Shown: positions 28,709-37,563 of the stretch, one piece after another
Layout: every line of letters starts with the position of its first letter
Position numbering within the stretch: position 1 is the stretch's first letter
IMG/VR virus record: IMGVR_UViG_3300001533_000425
Location: 1-56,320 of that record
Length of the DNA: 56,320 nt
Source: a virus
Lineage: Duplodnaviria; Caudoviricetes
Direction: 5' to 3' (one strand)
Notes under the pieces: model-generated
The model's database searches: none
Told to the model about the DNA's origin: nothing
What the model saw: the letters and a program-made list of their open reading frames with translations, nothing else
Position numbers and translations under genes: made by a program

Positions 28709-28949
28709 GTAAGTCGGAGAGTAGGGAATTGAACCCTATATATCCATTAATAGGAACTCTCTATGACTTACTTTGTAATGACGGGTAGTAATATGAGATT
28801 TACAATCAGGTATAGGAACTACCTATGTCATTACGATGAAGGTCTGGATGTATATAATATTTGCAGATATATGTATAGGAACATCCTTTGACCTTTTGGT
28901 ATAAAGACGGAGTGTGGAACAATGGTAATAGGAACACTCTATGTCTTTA
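28709..28949 (-). ncRNA. Array of four covarying bulged hairpin RNAs (Y-RNA-like)
   Basis: Units 28709-28771, 28775-28834, 28839-28895, 28902-28949 share stemA-AWAG-stemB-TCCTAT-variable loop with compensatory substitutions. Confidence 0.8.
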
Positions 28950-28982
28950 CTCTTAATTTAAATGCACATTTTTATAGTGCCT

Positions 28983-29327
28983 TTATCTTTCAGATACACT
29001 TAATGTTGTTAGCAAATTTATAATAATCCCAAGTATTAATACAGATATAACTTCTATCCAAGTTAGCCAAGTATGATATAATCCAGTAAATTCAAATAGA
29101 AGTGGTATTAACCAGAAGAATAATATACATACTTGTGCTATAAATCCAATACCATATGGAATTATTGCAATCAATAGTGATAATCCAAGAATACTACCAA
29201 AGACTATCATACCAAATGCCCCATCTAATCCACTATATACAAAATATCCTAACGCTGCCATTAATAGTGAGCCAGTTACACTCTTAGATATTAACTCACC
29301 TGCTGTATTATTATTTTCTTCATTCAT
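28983..29327 (-). CDS. Membrane protein
   Basis: About four hydrophobic segments. Confidence 0.65.
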   Translation of the reverse strand: MNEENNNTAGELISKSVTGSLLMAALGYFVYSGLDGAFGMIVFGSILGLSLLIAIIPYGIGFIAQVCILFFWLIPLLFEFTGLYHTWLTWIEVISVLILGIIINLLTTLSVSER

Positions 29328-29332
29328 ATTTA

Positions 29333-29641
29333 CTACCTCATATAATCATACGCAAATCCAGTAATAAATCCTAATCCAAATATTATAATCGTAATAATTA
29401 GGAATATAATATTGTCAAACAATATATAACTAGCATTATTAGTTATATAAGATAATACATCAGAAAATATAATAACACATAGAATTCCTAACACCCAACA
29501 TATAACTGTTATTAGTAATAAAGGATTTATCATATTTTTTAAAGATATACCACTACCTTTTTCAAATCCAAATAGAAACCATATACATCCAATTCCACTA
29601 ATAGCAATTAATGTAAGGAGTGTAATAAATACTTCTATCAT
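29333..29641 (-). CDS. Membrane protein
   Basis: Three TM segments. Confidence 0.65.
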   Translation of the reverse strand: MIEVFITLLTLIAISGIGCIWFLFGFEKGSGISLKNMINPLLLITVICWVLGILCVIIFSDVLSYITNNASYILFDNIIFLIITIIIFGLGFITGFAYDYMR

Positions 29642-29680
29642 CTTAATCTCCTAAAGAAAAAGGGTAAATATAAAAACCCT

Positions 29681-30127
29681 TTAATCTTCTATAATATCAG
29701 ATATATCCACATCTAAATCTGGTAGTTTAATGTTTACATCAGATGAGCCACTTTGCCATATATCTAAAAGCCATTCATCGAATTTATCCTTAACTCTTTG
29801 AGATACTTTACGAACTTTTCTTTCGTATTTCTTTTCAAGAGTTTTATATTCTTTTTTAAATGGCTCATATGATTCTATACTTGATAAAGTTCTACTACCA
29901 GCAGATATTGATACACAAGATTTGTAATATAAATCGATAGACGGTTCAATAGATAATTCATTATTAATTGAATCCAAATATCCTTTCTTATGTTTATTAA
30001 ATAATTCATTTACTTCTTCTATGAATTCATTTTCTATTAGATTAATCAAGTCATCTATTTTACTTCTAACTTTTTCATCACCTTTTGTTTTTAAATCATC
30101 ATAAATATATTTTGGTATATTTTCCAT
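29681..30127 (-). CDS. Hypothetical helical protein (start reassigned to MENIPK)
   Basis: GGAG SD upstream of ATG 30127; the longer start lies in hairpins. Confidence 0.6.
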   Translation of the reverse strand: MENIPKYIYDDLKTKGDEKVRSKIDDLINLIENEFIEEVNELFNKHKKGYLDSINNELSIEPSIDLYYKSCVSISAGSRTLSSIESYEPFKKEYKTLEKKYERKVRKVSQRVKDKFDEWLLDIWQSGSSDVNIKLPDLDVDISDIIED

Positions 30128-30182
30128 AGTATAAACTCCTATATAAAAAATGTTGATGGGATACGCCCATCCCGTTCTATTT

Positions 30183-30217
30183 AATAGCACTACCTACTAT
30201 TAATAGATAGTGCTATT
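30183..30217. repeat. Intergenic inverted repeat (hairpin)
   Basis: AATAGCACTA...TAGTGCTATT; second hairpin GATGGG/CCCATC followed by a T-run on the minus strand nearby. Confidence 0.6.
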
Positions 30218-30232
30218 TAATCTGGAATATGT

Positions 30233-30415
30233 TTATTGTGTTTCAACTACATTCCCAGATAGTTGGTGGATTTTTCCATCAATAACTACTTTACCAAATA
30301 CGAAAAATCCTTCGTTTCCAGATGAGAATTTTTTCTTTACACCTTCAACTTGACCAAGTTTTAATGCAAAGATTTCGTTTCCATTTTTACTGGTTCGGAT
30401 AGGTTCTAATGCCAT
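30233..30415 (-). CDS. Small beta-rich basic protein
   Basis: GGGAG SD; KKKFSSGNEGFFVFGKVVIDG. Confidence 0.65.
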   Translation of the reverse strand: MALEPIRTSKNGNEIFALKLGQVEGVKKKFSSGNEGFFVFGKVVIDGKIHQLSGNVVETQ

Positions 30416-30675
30416 ATATTTCTAACTCCCTATGGTTTTCGTTTTTTAAGGAAACTGATATAAAACCTGTTACATAAGTAACTCTTAATATATTTATAAG
30501 AGTACCATTCCTATAAATTTTTCTTGATTATTAAATTGTAATATTGCTATATCGTCATAGAAATTATTTCTATCTTGGATAAAAATATTATGACAATATG
30601 ATTCTTTTTCATATATATAATATATATCCAATGTAGAAAATAGTTTTATAAATCTATCTAAATCGCTTACCATAG

Positions 30676-30776
30676 TGCTGGATATAGGACTTGAACCTAT
30701 TATAGATAGCCATCAAATCTAACTATATACCACATATATCTATTGTCTATATAAGAATAGATATAATTAATCCAGC
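30676..30776 (-). ncRNA. tRNA-like element with non-canonical core
   Basis: GCTGGAT/ATCCAGC acceptor, ATAGG-TTCAAGT-CCTAT T arm, internal hairpin TATATCTATT/AATAGATATA. Confidence 0.65.
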
Positions 30777-30827
30777 AAGTTGAGAGATAGGATAATATAG
30801 GTTACTAAATGTAACTATGATTTATTA

Positions 30828-30989
30828 TTATAACATTATATATTCTAATAATGTTCCTATGAACTTAAGCATTTCTTCTTGTGTCATTTCTACATTATCC
30901 ATATCGAATATAAAAGACACACCTTTATCTTCTCCACCGTAAAATCTTTTTACATACATATCTTTTTCAGTATATATTTCTGTTCCCAT
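30828..30989 (-). CDS. 53-aa paralog of 13815-14168
   Basis: Manual translation MGTEIYTEKDMYVKRFYGGEDKG...LLEYIML; GGAG SD. Confidence 0.65.
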   Translation of the reverse strand: MGTEIYTEKDMYVKRFYGGEDKGVSFIFDMDNVEMTQEEMLKFIGTLLEYIML

Positions 30990-31022
30990 ATTTTTATACT
31001 CCTTTATTATAATAATAACATA

Positions 31023-31184
31023 AGATAGATGTGGGATTTGAACCCACTATCTACACTCCAGACACCAATAAAGAGCAGGGTTTTTAGTTCTTTTTTATAT
31101 GACAGAAAACCATTATAGGATAAAGAAAACCCTAAAAAGAAACCTAATCTTAAATCTGAAGTGATAAATATACCATAATCTATC
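31023..31184 (-). ncRNA. tRNA-like element with long structured insertion
   Basis: GATAGAT/ATCTATC, GTGGG-TTCAAAT-CCCAC, CACTTCAGA/TCTGGAGTG, AGGGTTTT/AAAACCCT. Confidence 0.65.
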
Positions 31185-31196
31185 AATAAGAAAGGT

Positions 31197-31257
31197 GATA
31201 GGATAGTAAAGGATTACTGATAATGTAATCTAAAAAATCTAAGAATACTATCCTATC
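31197..31257. repeat. 12-bp perfect inverted repeat with inner hairpin
   Basis: GATAGGATAGTA...TACTATCCTATC; partial copy at 30786-30817. Confidence 0.65.
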
Positions 31258-31514
31258 GTATTCGTGTATTCACTCAACCATTCTGACAGGTAATACCCAA
31301 AGACCTGCATAGGAGATTTTCGTATTTAATGGATATAATTTAAATCTACATATAATACTCCCAATATTATACATAGATAGTTTTACTCATTAATCAATAT
31401 ATCATATATGTTCTGGGATATTAAACATAATATGAATAATTATCTGTAATAAATAAATATTACAAATAATAATTGATTGAAATTTTCAAACCATAATAAC
31501 TGCAAAAAATGTCA

Positions 31515-31576
31515 TCATACTTAAAGTTTTGGGTGGGGATTTAAATACTTGAAGTTTCTGGTATTTAAAGATTTCG
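31515..31576 (-). promoter_or_regulatory. Tandem leftward BRE-TATA promoters
   Basis: Minus strand CGAAATC-TTTAAATA and CCAAAAC-TTTAAGTA. Confidence 0.5.
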
Positions 31577-31675
31577 ATTGTCATTAATAGTCATTAAGAA
31601 AATAGAAACACTATACCTAAATATTAGTAATATATTAAATATGAGTATGAGTGTATGGATTTAATACTAATAATC

Positions 31676-31723
31676 ACTACCCCTTACTCTACCCCTATAT
31701 ACAATAGTTATTGCGTTAGCGTT
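31676..31723. repeat. Dispersed ~48-bp intergenic repeat, copy B
   Basis: actaccccttactctacccctatatacaatagttattgcgttagcgtt aligns by eye with 4796-4843. Confidence 0.6.
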
Positions 31724-31850
31724 AGGATATAGGGTGTTTAAATAGATAATAGAGTAGTATCATAGACTACTGAATTAAATGCAAAAAATAGAAATCCGTT
31801 TATGTAATACTAATCTATTACTATACTAAAAAAATAAAAAAAAGAAAAGA

Positions 31851-32795
31851 TTAATTGCTATTGTGTATAGCAATAATCTCATTCATTCTTTTAATAGATT
31901 GTTCTTCTGTCATATATTGTTTCTTGTTTCTATTTGGTGATGGATTGATTATAGTATCACTATGTTTCATTACACTATCGTAATCACCACTATCTATTTT
32001 ATCCTGCATTTCTTTTCTCCATAATTTAATATCCTTTTGTTTTATAGTGTTGTGCTCTGTGTTTCTTTTTCTATGTGCAGAAGTCAATCTATATTCATAG
32101 TTTATATATCCGTATTCTTCTATTTCTCTTATAATGTTACCTATCCATTCAACATTATATTTACACATTCCATTACTATGATAGAAGAACGGATGATATG
32201 ATTTGATGGCACTATATAGATATTTCAACATATCTAAGACTTTATATCCTGATATAGTTTTATCCTTTTTAGCCATATCTCTTATTTGATATGATTTTAA
32301 ACCATCATTAAATCTATGGTATAGATAATAAACTCTTGTAACAAATGTATTATCTAATGGTTTGACTCTACCATCTAATATAGTATATGTATGTGTTTCT
32401 TGGCAGTTTCTTCTATATTGTAATCTATCTTTACCATCAATTATCATATCATAATGTATATGTCTACGGAATGGATGTCCTAATGTTTCTTTAGTTTTTT
32501 CTACTCTATTAATGTTGTTTGTTGTTCCCATATCTGTTGTTCTATATGTAATGAGTTTTTGGTTTCTTCCTAAATCTATTTGTGTATCATATCCGTATTT
32601 GGTTACATCTCTATTCTTACCTTCACCTATTAGTCTTGTTTTAATATCTTCATTACCGAATACTCTACTTGTAAAGGTATGATTGATGTTCTGTCTACTA
32701 TTATAGTGGATAATAGCATAGTATTCTTTATCTTCTATTTCATTTACATCTTCTACTTTTTCTGCTAATATTTCATCAAGTTTTTCTTTACTCAT
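31851..32795 (-). CDS. Hypothetical basic protein
   Basis: 314-aa ORF followed by a T-rich terminator on the minus strand. Confidence 0.75.
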   Translation of the reverse strand: MSKEKLDEILAEKVEDVNEIEDKEYYAIIHYNSRQNINHTFTSRVFGNEDIKTRLIGEGKNRDVTKYGYDTQIDLGRNQKLITYRTTDMGTTNNINRVEKTKETLGHPFRRHIHYDMIIDGKDRLQYRRNCQETHTYTILDGRVKPLDNTFVTRVYYLYHRFNDGLKSYQIRDMAKKDKTISGYKVLDMLKYLYSAIKSYHPFFYHSNGMCKYNVEWIGNIIREIEEYGYINYEYRLTSAHRKRNTEHNTIKQKDIKLWRKEMQDKIDSGDYDSVMKHSDTIINPSPNRNKKQYMTEEQSIKRMNEIIAIHNSN

Positions 32796-32985
32796 ATATA
32801 TCTACTCCATAGTTTTTTCTTAATCTAAATGCAATATCTTTCAGTTCTTTTATAGTTAAGACTACTGTATCTGTTTCATCTTCAATAGTTTGTGTTATTA
32901 GTATATGCCTTCTATCATACATTTCAGCATATTCCATTTCTAATGTATGGTTTCTTTCTTTAGTTATAATTTCTTCCATTAACAT
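32788..32985 (-). CDS. Hypothetical protein
   Basis: GGTGA SD, overlaps neighbours. Confidence 0.6.
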   Translation of the reverse strand: MLMEEIITKERNHTLEMEYAEMYDRRHILITQTIEDETDTVVLTIKELKDIAFRLRKNYGVDIYE

Positions 32986-33362
32986 TCACCTTCTCTATAA
33001 TCAATATAGTCTACTAATTGTATGTATGTGTATCTATCTAATTCACCTGTGAGCATCCTATATAATAGATTGAGTTTGATTGTGTATTTATTTTTCAAAC
33101 CTAAATCTACTATTGCATTTATGTATTGTAGTTTTTGTTCCTGTTCTAAGTCTACTTCTGTTTCGTTATCTATATCCCATACTCTATTACGGGAATACTC
33201 TTTAGTTGGTATAGATGTTGTTGTTTCTTCTTTATTATCTATTACTTGTTTGTTTACTATATCTTTATTCTGTTCTGATATACTATTATACCATTGTTCC
33301 TGTCGCCATATATTATATTCTTCTTCATTCATATTCTTTCTATATTTTTGCATATCTATCAT
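32979..33362 (-). CDS. Hypothetical protein
   Basis: ORF track, GGAG SD. Confidence 0.6.
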   Translation of the reverse strand: MIDMQKYRKNMNEEEYNIWRQEQWYNSISEQNKDIVNKQVIDNKEETTTSIPTKEYSRNRVWDIDNETEVDLEQEQKLQYINAIVDLGLKNKYTIKLNLLYRMLTGELDRYTYIQLVDYIDYREGEC

Positions 33363-33482
33363 CTCCTTAACTAATCCATCCGTTACGGGATAGACAATAT
33401 TGTTTCTTATATTCTTCTTCTTCTATTGATGTCGTTCTATTGGTTTTCATATTTCATCACAATCTTAAAAACACAGGGGGGG

Positions 33483-33498
33483 TATTTAAACCTTTCGG
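33483..33498 (-). promoter_or_regulatory. Consensus archaeal BRE-TATA promoter
   Basis: Minus strand CCGAAAGG-TTTAAATA, nearly identical to 11209-11225. Confidence 0.75.
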
Positions 33499-34348
33499 TT
33501 TCTACTTATTAGATTAGTATAGGGGTAACATATAATAGAGAGTGAGTTACCATATACTACTATAGTATATATAATATATATAATAGGATGTATTGACTTA
33601 TTGTTACTAAAAGATTAAAGATAGTTTAATCATTATGTATTGTAGATTGGAGATTGAGATATATTAGTTAGAGATACTCATTATGATTTATTCAAAATAC
33701 CTGTATTAATCACTAATCCAATTGGAGTGACAACTAACATTTCACTTAGTTATATTTATATATCTCCTGTACCATTCTCTCTCCATATATACTATACGCT
33801 ATTACAAACTCTATATACACTTGAACTAAATTACGACATCCTATACTACTATACTACTACATAGGGGAGAATTATATTCAAATATTTATACTTCCATTTA
33901 TGATTATAATACTATTAATAGTCTATTCTATACCAAAATTATCTATTATATCCTGAATATCACCTAATATTTACCTATTCTATACCCTGTTTATGTATAG
34001 TTTATCTCATATACAATAACTCATACGATAGTTTAGTAATATATAATTACAATACCACATAGGGTCTATTTTCATAAAAATCTATTATATAAAATCTATT
34101 CAAAAATTTGGGATGCCATTTATGAATACTATACTAGTACTATACTATATATAGATATTAATATTCTCCGTTCTGAATAATATGCGTAAGATGATTAATA
34201 TTCCACCATCACAATAAAATGCGTAAGTGACTTATATACTACATCAAATATAATATGCGTAAGACAATTCACTAATATATTGAAACCAAAATAAAAAGCG
34301 TAAGACGAATGAAAAGGTATATAAATGATGAACGATATACCCCTAAGT

Positions 34349-34681
34349 ATGGCATCAGAAGAGTTGGATACCTATAAGGTATCAGAGAAGTATACCACTA
34401 CAAGTGGTAAAGAAAAAACAAGGACTACTACTATTAGAAGTATGTCTAATGATGGTAGTCTATTCGTAAATATACACAGTGGACGTGGTAGCGTATGTAT
34501 ATCTAAAGATATGCTACCTGAAGTAATAGAGAAACTTCAATCTCTTAAGTGGAAGGGGTCTACTACTAAAGATGATAGTAGTGATAACGCTATCTTAGAC
34601 GCTATCAAACAAATAGGTAAAAACCAACAAAAAATCTCTAATAGGTTGGATAAACTTGAGAAGAGCAAAAAGAAAAAGTAA
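34349..34681 (+). CDS. Cassette 1 protein, paralog of 36022-36375 (start reassigned to MASEE)
   Basis: ATG 23 nt after the TATA box; FVNIHSGRGSVCI.KD..PEVIE.LQ.LKWK shared; C-terminal coiled coil. Confidence 0.75.
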   Translation: MASEELDTYKVSEKYTTTSGKEKTRTTTIRSMSNDGSLFVNIHSGRGSVCISKDMLPEVIEKLQSLKWKGSTTKDDSSDNAILDAIKQIGKNQQKISNRLDKLEKSKKKK

Positions 34682-34989
34682 GAAGGATAGGGATAAACCC
34701 CTTCCTTCCCGTATGCATAAGATAAATGGGAATATCCCGTATAAGTATGAGTGATTACACTCATATTTATTCTATTTTTTTATATTCCGTTTATAGTAAT
34801 AGTATAGGCATAGTCTATATATAGGACTTATATTCTGGTGTCTATATAAAATGCGTAAGAGCCATTAATATTCTAACTTGAATATAAAATGCGTAAGTAT
34901 CTTCAATCAAGGATTAATATATTGACTCCCAGATAAAATGCGTAATGTCAATCAAAAGGTTTATATACTAAAACGCATATTACTATATT

Positions 34990-35139
34990 ATGACACAAAA
35001 GGAGTTAGTCGGCTATATCATATATGACCGATATAAACCAGTCGGTTATGTCGGTATTATTCCATTCCGAGCCGACTCAAACCGATGGGCTGAAAAATAT
35101 GACCCATCAACATATACTTGGGCTGAAAGATGGTTATAG
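34990..35139 (+). CDS. Cassette 2 protein (49 aa)
   Basis: MTQKELVGYIIYDRYKPVGYVG...; ATG 22 nt after TATA. Confidence 0.65.
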   Translation: MTQKELVGYIIYDRYKPVGYVGIIPFRADSNRWAEKYDPSTYTWAERWL

Positions 35140-35293
35140 TCTTTCACCAATCTTATTTCTTTCTATCAATGATTAATATATAAGATGTAATATATAATGC
35201 GTAATGGTCTATTAATATTCTAACTTGAATATAAAAGGCGTAATAAGAACCGTAAACTATATATACCTATAATACATACTGGATATTGATACA

Positions 35294-35461
35294 ATGGAAC
35301 CAACATTAAGTAAGTATACATTCGCCTATAAAGGTGGTGAACTTGAGCATACTATATCCATACTTGCATCAAGTGCTAAGGTTGCACAAGGCAAGTTAAT
35401 ATATTTAACTGTGTTGCCATCTGATTGGGAACTAATAAATATAAACGATGATATATACTAA
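35294..35461 (+). CDS. Cassette 3 protein (55 aa)
   Basis: MEPTLSKYTFAYKGG...; downstream of motif and TATA. Confidence 0.6.
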   Translation: MEPTLSKYTFAYKGGELEHTISILASSAKVAQGKLIYLTVLPSDWELININDDIY

Positions 35462-35592
35462 TATCATCTATTCTTCCTTTCTATATAAATAATGGAATAT
35501 AAAGCGTAATCCAATATTAATATTCGAGGCCCAGAATATAATGCGTAAGTGCCACAGAAACACTTATATACATATAATCTATACTGAATAGT

Positions 35593-35793
35593 ATGACATA
35601 TAATAAGTATGATGATACAGGCCACCAAATACCACTAATTGATATAATACCAAGTAAAAGAAAACAAGATTGGTATTCTTGTAAAATGTCAGGTATTGGT
35701 CGAGTATGCACAAAAGAAAAGAATATAATGAAACTTGAAGAAGAAGGATACGAAATAATTGAAATATACTATATTGCAGAGGCTAATCAGTAG
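35593..35793 (+). CDS. Cassette 4 protein (66 aa)
   Basis: ATG 22 nt after TATA. Confidence 0.65.
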   Translation: MTYNKYDDTGHQIPLIDIIPSKRKQDWYSCKMSGIGRVCTKEKNIMKLEEEGYEIIEIYYIAEANQ

Positions 35794-36021
35794 TCTGGAT
35801 ATAGTCTATATTAGGCCATAGGAGCCACATAGATGGCCTCTAAGGCCATATCTTTTTTATCTAATGGTAATAGTAGGGTTGAGTATTATTCATATAAATC
35901 CTTAATAGTCTTACGCTTAATATTCACTTGACTAAAATAAAACACTCTGAATAAAAGGCGTAATCCAAATCGACACCTTTATATACTATAACTGCTATAC
36001 TGTATATTAGAGGTATAAGAA

Positions 36022-36375
36022 ATGACAGAAAGCGAAATATTAGATAAGGCCCAAATACCTGATGAATACACCAATAAGTCAGGTAAAACAAAAACAAGAT
36101 ACATCAACCTTAAGGCAATGGATAATAACGGCTCACAGTTTGTTAATATCCATTCCGGCCGAGGCTCTGTCTGTATCAATAAAGATAAAGTTCCAGAGGT
36201 AATCGAGGAACTACAAGGCTTGAAATGGAAGGCCACCAAAAAGGCCGAGGCCACCACCACCGATAGCAATAACCAAATATTAGAGGCTATTCAACAAGTC
36301 GGCAAGAATCAACAGAAAATATCTAAGAGGCTTGATAAACTTGAAAAGGAAAACAAAAAATCCAAAAAGAAATAA
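36022..36375 (+). CDS. Cassette 5 protein, paralog of cassette 1
   Basis: Clear identity to 34349-34681; GAGG SD; hairpin and poly-T downstream. Confidence 0.8.
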   Translation: MTESEILDKAQIPDEYTNKSGKTKTRYINLKAMDNNGSQFVNIHSGRGSVCINKDKVPEVIEELQGLKWKATKKAEATTTDSNNQILEAIQQVGKNQQKISKRLDKLEKENKKSKKK

Positions 36376-36611
36376 TCTTGAACAGGCCAGAAAGTTTAAA
36401 GGCTGGGAAAGTTACAAATATTAACTTTCCTTTTTTTCTTTTTTATTTTATATATTTATATAAGTTGTCTTACTCCCTTTATTCTTGGATTAATATATTA
36501 GTCAGGATATAATAAGCGTAAGTGGTATTAATATTCGATTGGCAGAATAAAAGGCGTAATACGATTCGATAAGTATATATAGTATGAACGATATACTGAT
36601 ATTGTGGTAAT

Positions 36612-36953
36612 ATGGAAGACACCAACAGTAAAAAGGAATTCGATGCAAGTCTTAAAGACCTAAGTAAAATGGGCATCATCAGAGTAGAGACTGATGGCAC
36701 AGATGAGAATACCAAAATAGGTATTACTCATGAAGTCGGTGATGAATTCATAAAACATATGAAACATCCGAGAATATTCAAACAGGTTGTTTCATCATCA
36801 GACGGCTTAGAAATGGCTGTTGCAGGATGGTGTGCTGATAAAGTAATTAAATCATCCCTTGGTAATAATGAATTCTACACCGATGATGAAATGATGGCAA
36901 TGAGTAAAACACTATTTGCTATTATTATGACTACAATAAGGGATAAACAATAA
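36612..36953 (+). CDS. Cassette 6 protein (113 aa)
   Basis: Motif and TATA upstream, poly-T downstream. Confidence 0.7.
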   Translation: MEDTNSKKEFDASLKDLSKMGIIRVETDGTDENTKIGITHEVGDEFIKHMKHPRIFKQVVSSSDGLEMAVAGWCADKVIKSSLGNNEFYTDDEMMAMSKTLFAIIMTTIRDKQ

Positions 36954-37077
36954 TCCCTTCTTTTTTTCTTTCTTCCGTCTTACGCTATCTATATATTGAC
37001 TAATATAATAATCTGAATATAAAAGGCGTAAGTCAAATAGAAAGGCTTATATACTAAAACGTCTATTACTATATTGT

Positions 37078-37194
37078 ATGACAGGAAAACACTTCGAGGC
37101 ATTCGCCTCTGGAAATGGCTTCTTCGTCTGGGAAGGCGATGAGGTTAAAGATGCCGTTGTATCTGACAATGGTATTAAAATTAGGAATGAATAA
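37078..37194 (+). CDS. Cassette 7 protein (38 aa)
   Basis: MTGKHFEAFASGNGFFVWEG...; ATG 24 nt after TATA; poly-T downstream. Confidence 0.6.
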   Translation: MTGKHFEAFASGNGFFVWEGDEVKDAVVSDNGIKIRNE

Positions 37195-37350
37195 TAAATT
37201 CATTCTTCTTTCTTTTTTTTCTTTTTGTTTTAATTTACATAATGCAAGTTCCTCTTACGCTTAATATCAGTGGATTAATATTCAAGTCGAAATATAAAAG
37301 GCGTAAGTTGGACCGATAAGTATATATACTTGTAATGTATACCTATTAGT

Positions 37351-37563
37351 ATGAGCCGAGCAACCAACAAACCAATTAAATACGCTGATGCCACCATTGA
37401 GTTATATGAATACGGTATCATAGTTACTGATGATGCCACGGGCAATATGAACGGGTTAACACCAACGTTCTTGTCTTGCTTCGCCAAACTATCCCAAGAG
37501 CAACGGGATAAAGTGGTGGATTTGGCAATAAGTTTAGATTTCATTAATAGGTTGGATGATTAA
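37351..37563 (+). CDS. Cassette 8 protein (70 aa)
   Basis: ATG 22 nt after TATA; poly-T downstream. Confidence 0.7.
   Translation: MSRATNKPIKYADATIELYEYGIIVTDDATGNMNGLTPTFLSCFAKLSQEQRDKVVDLAISLDFINRLDD

Noticed and set aside
28709-28949. CRISPR array, or a tRNA gene at 28715-28740
   Set aside because: Conservation is structural, with paired flanks that differ per unit, rather than identical repeats; only a T arm is present, with no cloverleaf
31023-31184. Functional ochre-suppressor tRNA implying a recoded genome
   Set aside because: No valid BHB for removing the insert, abnormal variable region, and TAA ends many intact genes normally
1419-33393. Plus-strand ORFs in the left arm (e.g. 1419, 2505, 19176, 20901, 23522, 33022)
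   Set aside because: Antisense shadows of well-supported minus-strand genes, with Phe/Ser/Leu/Ile-rich composition
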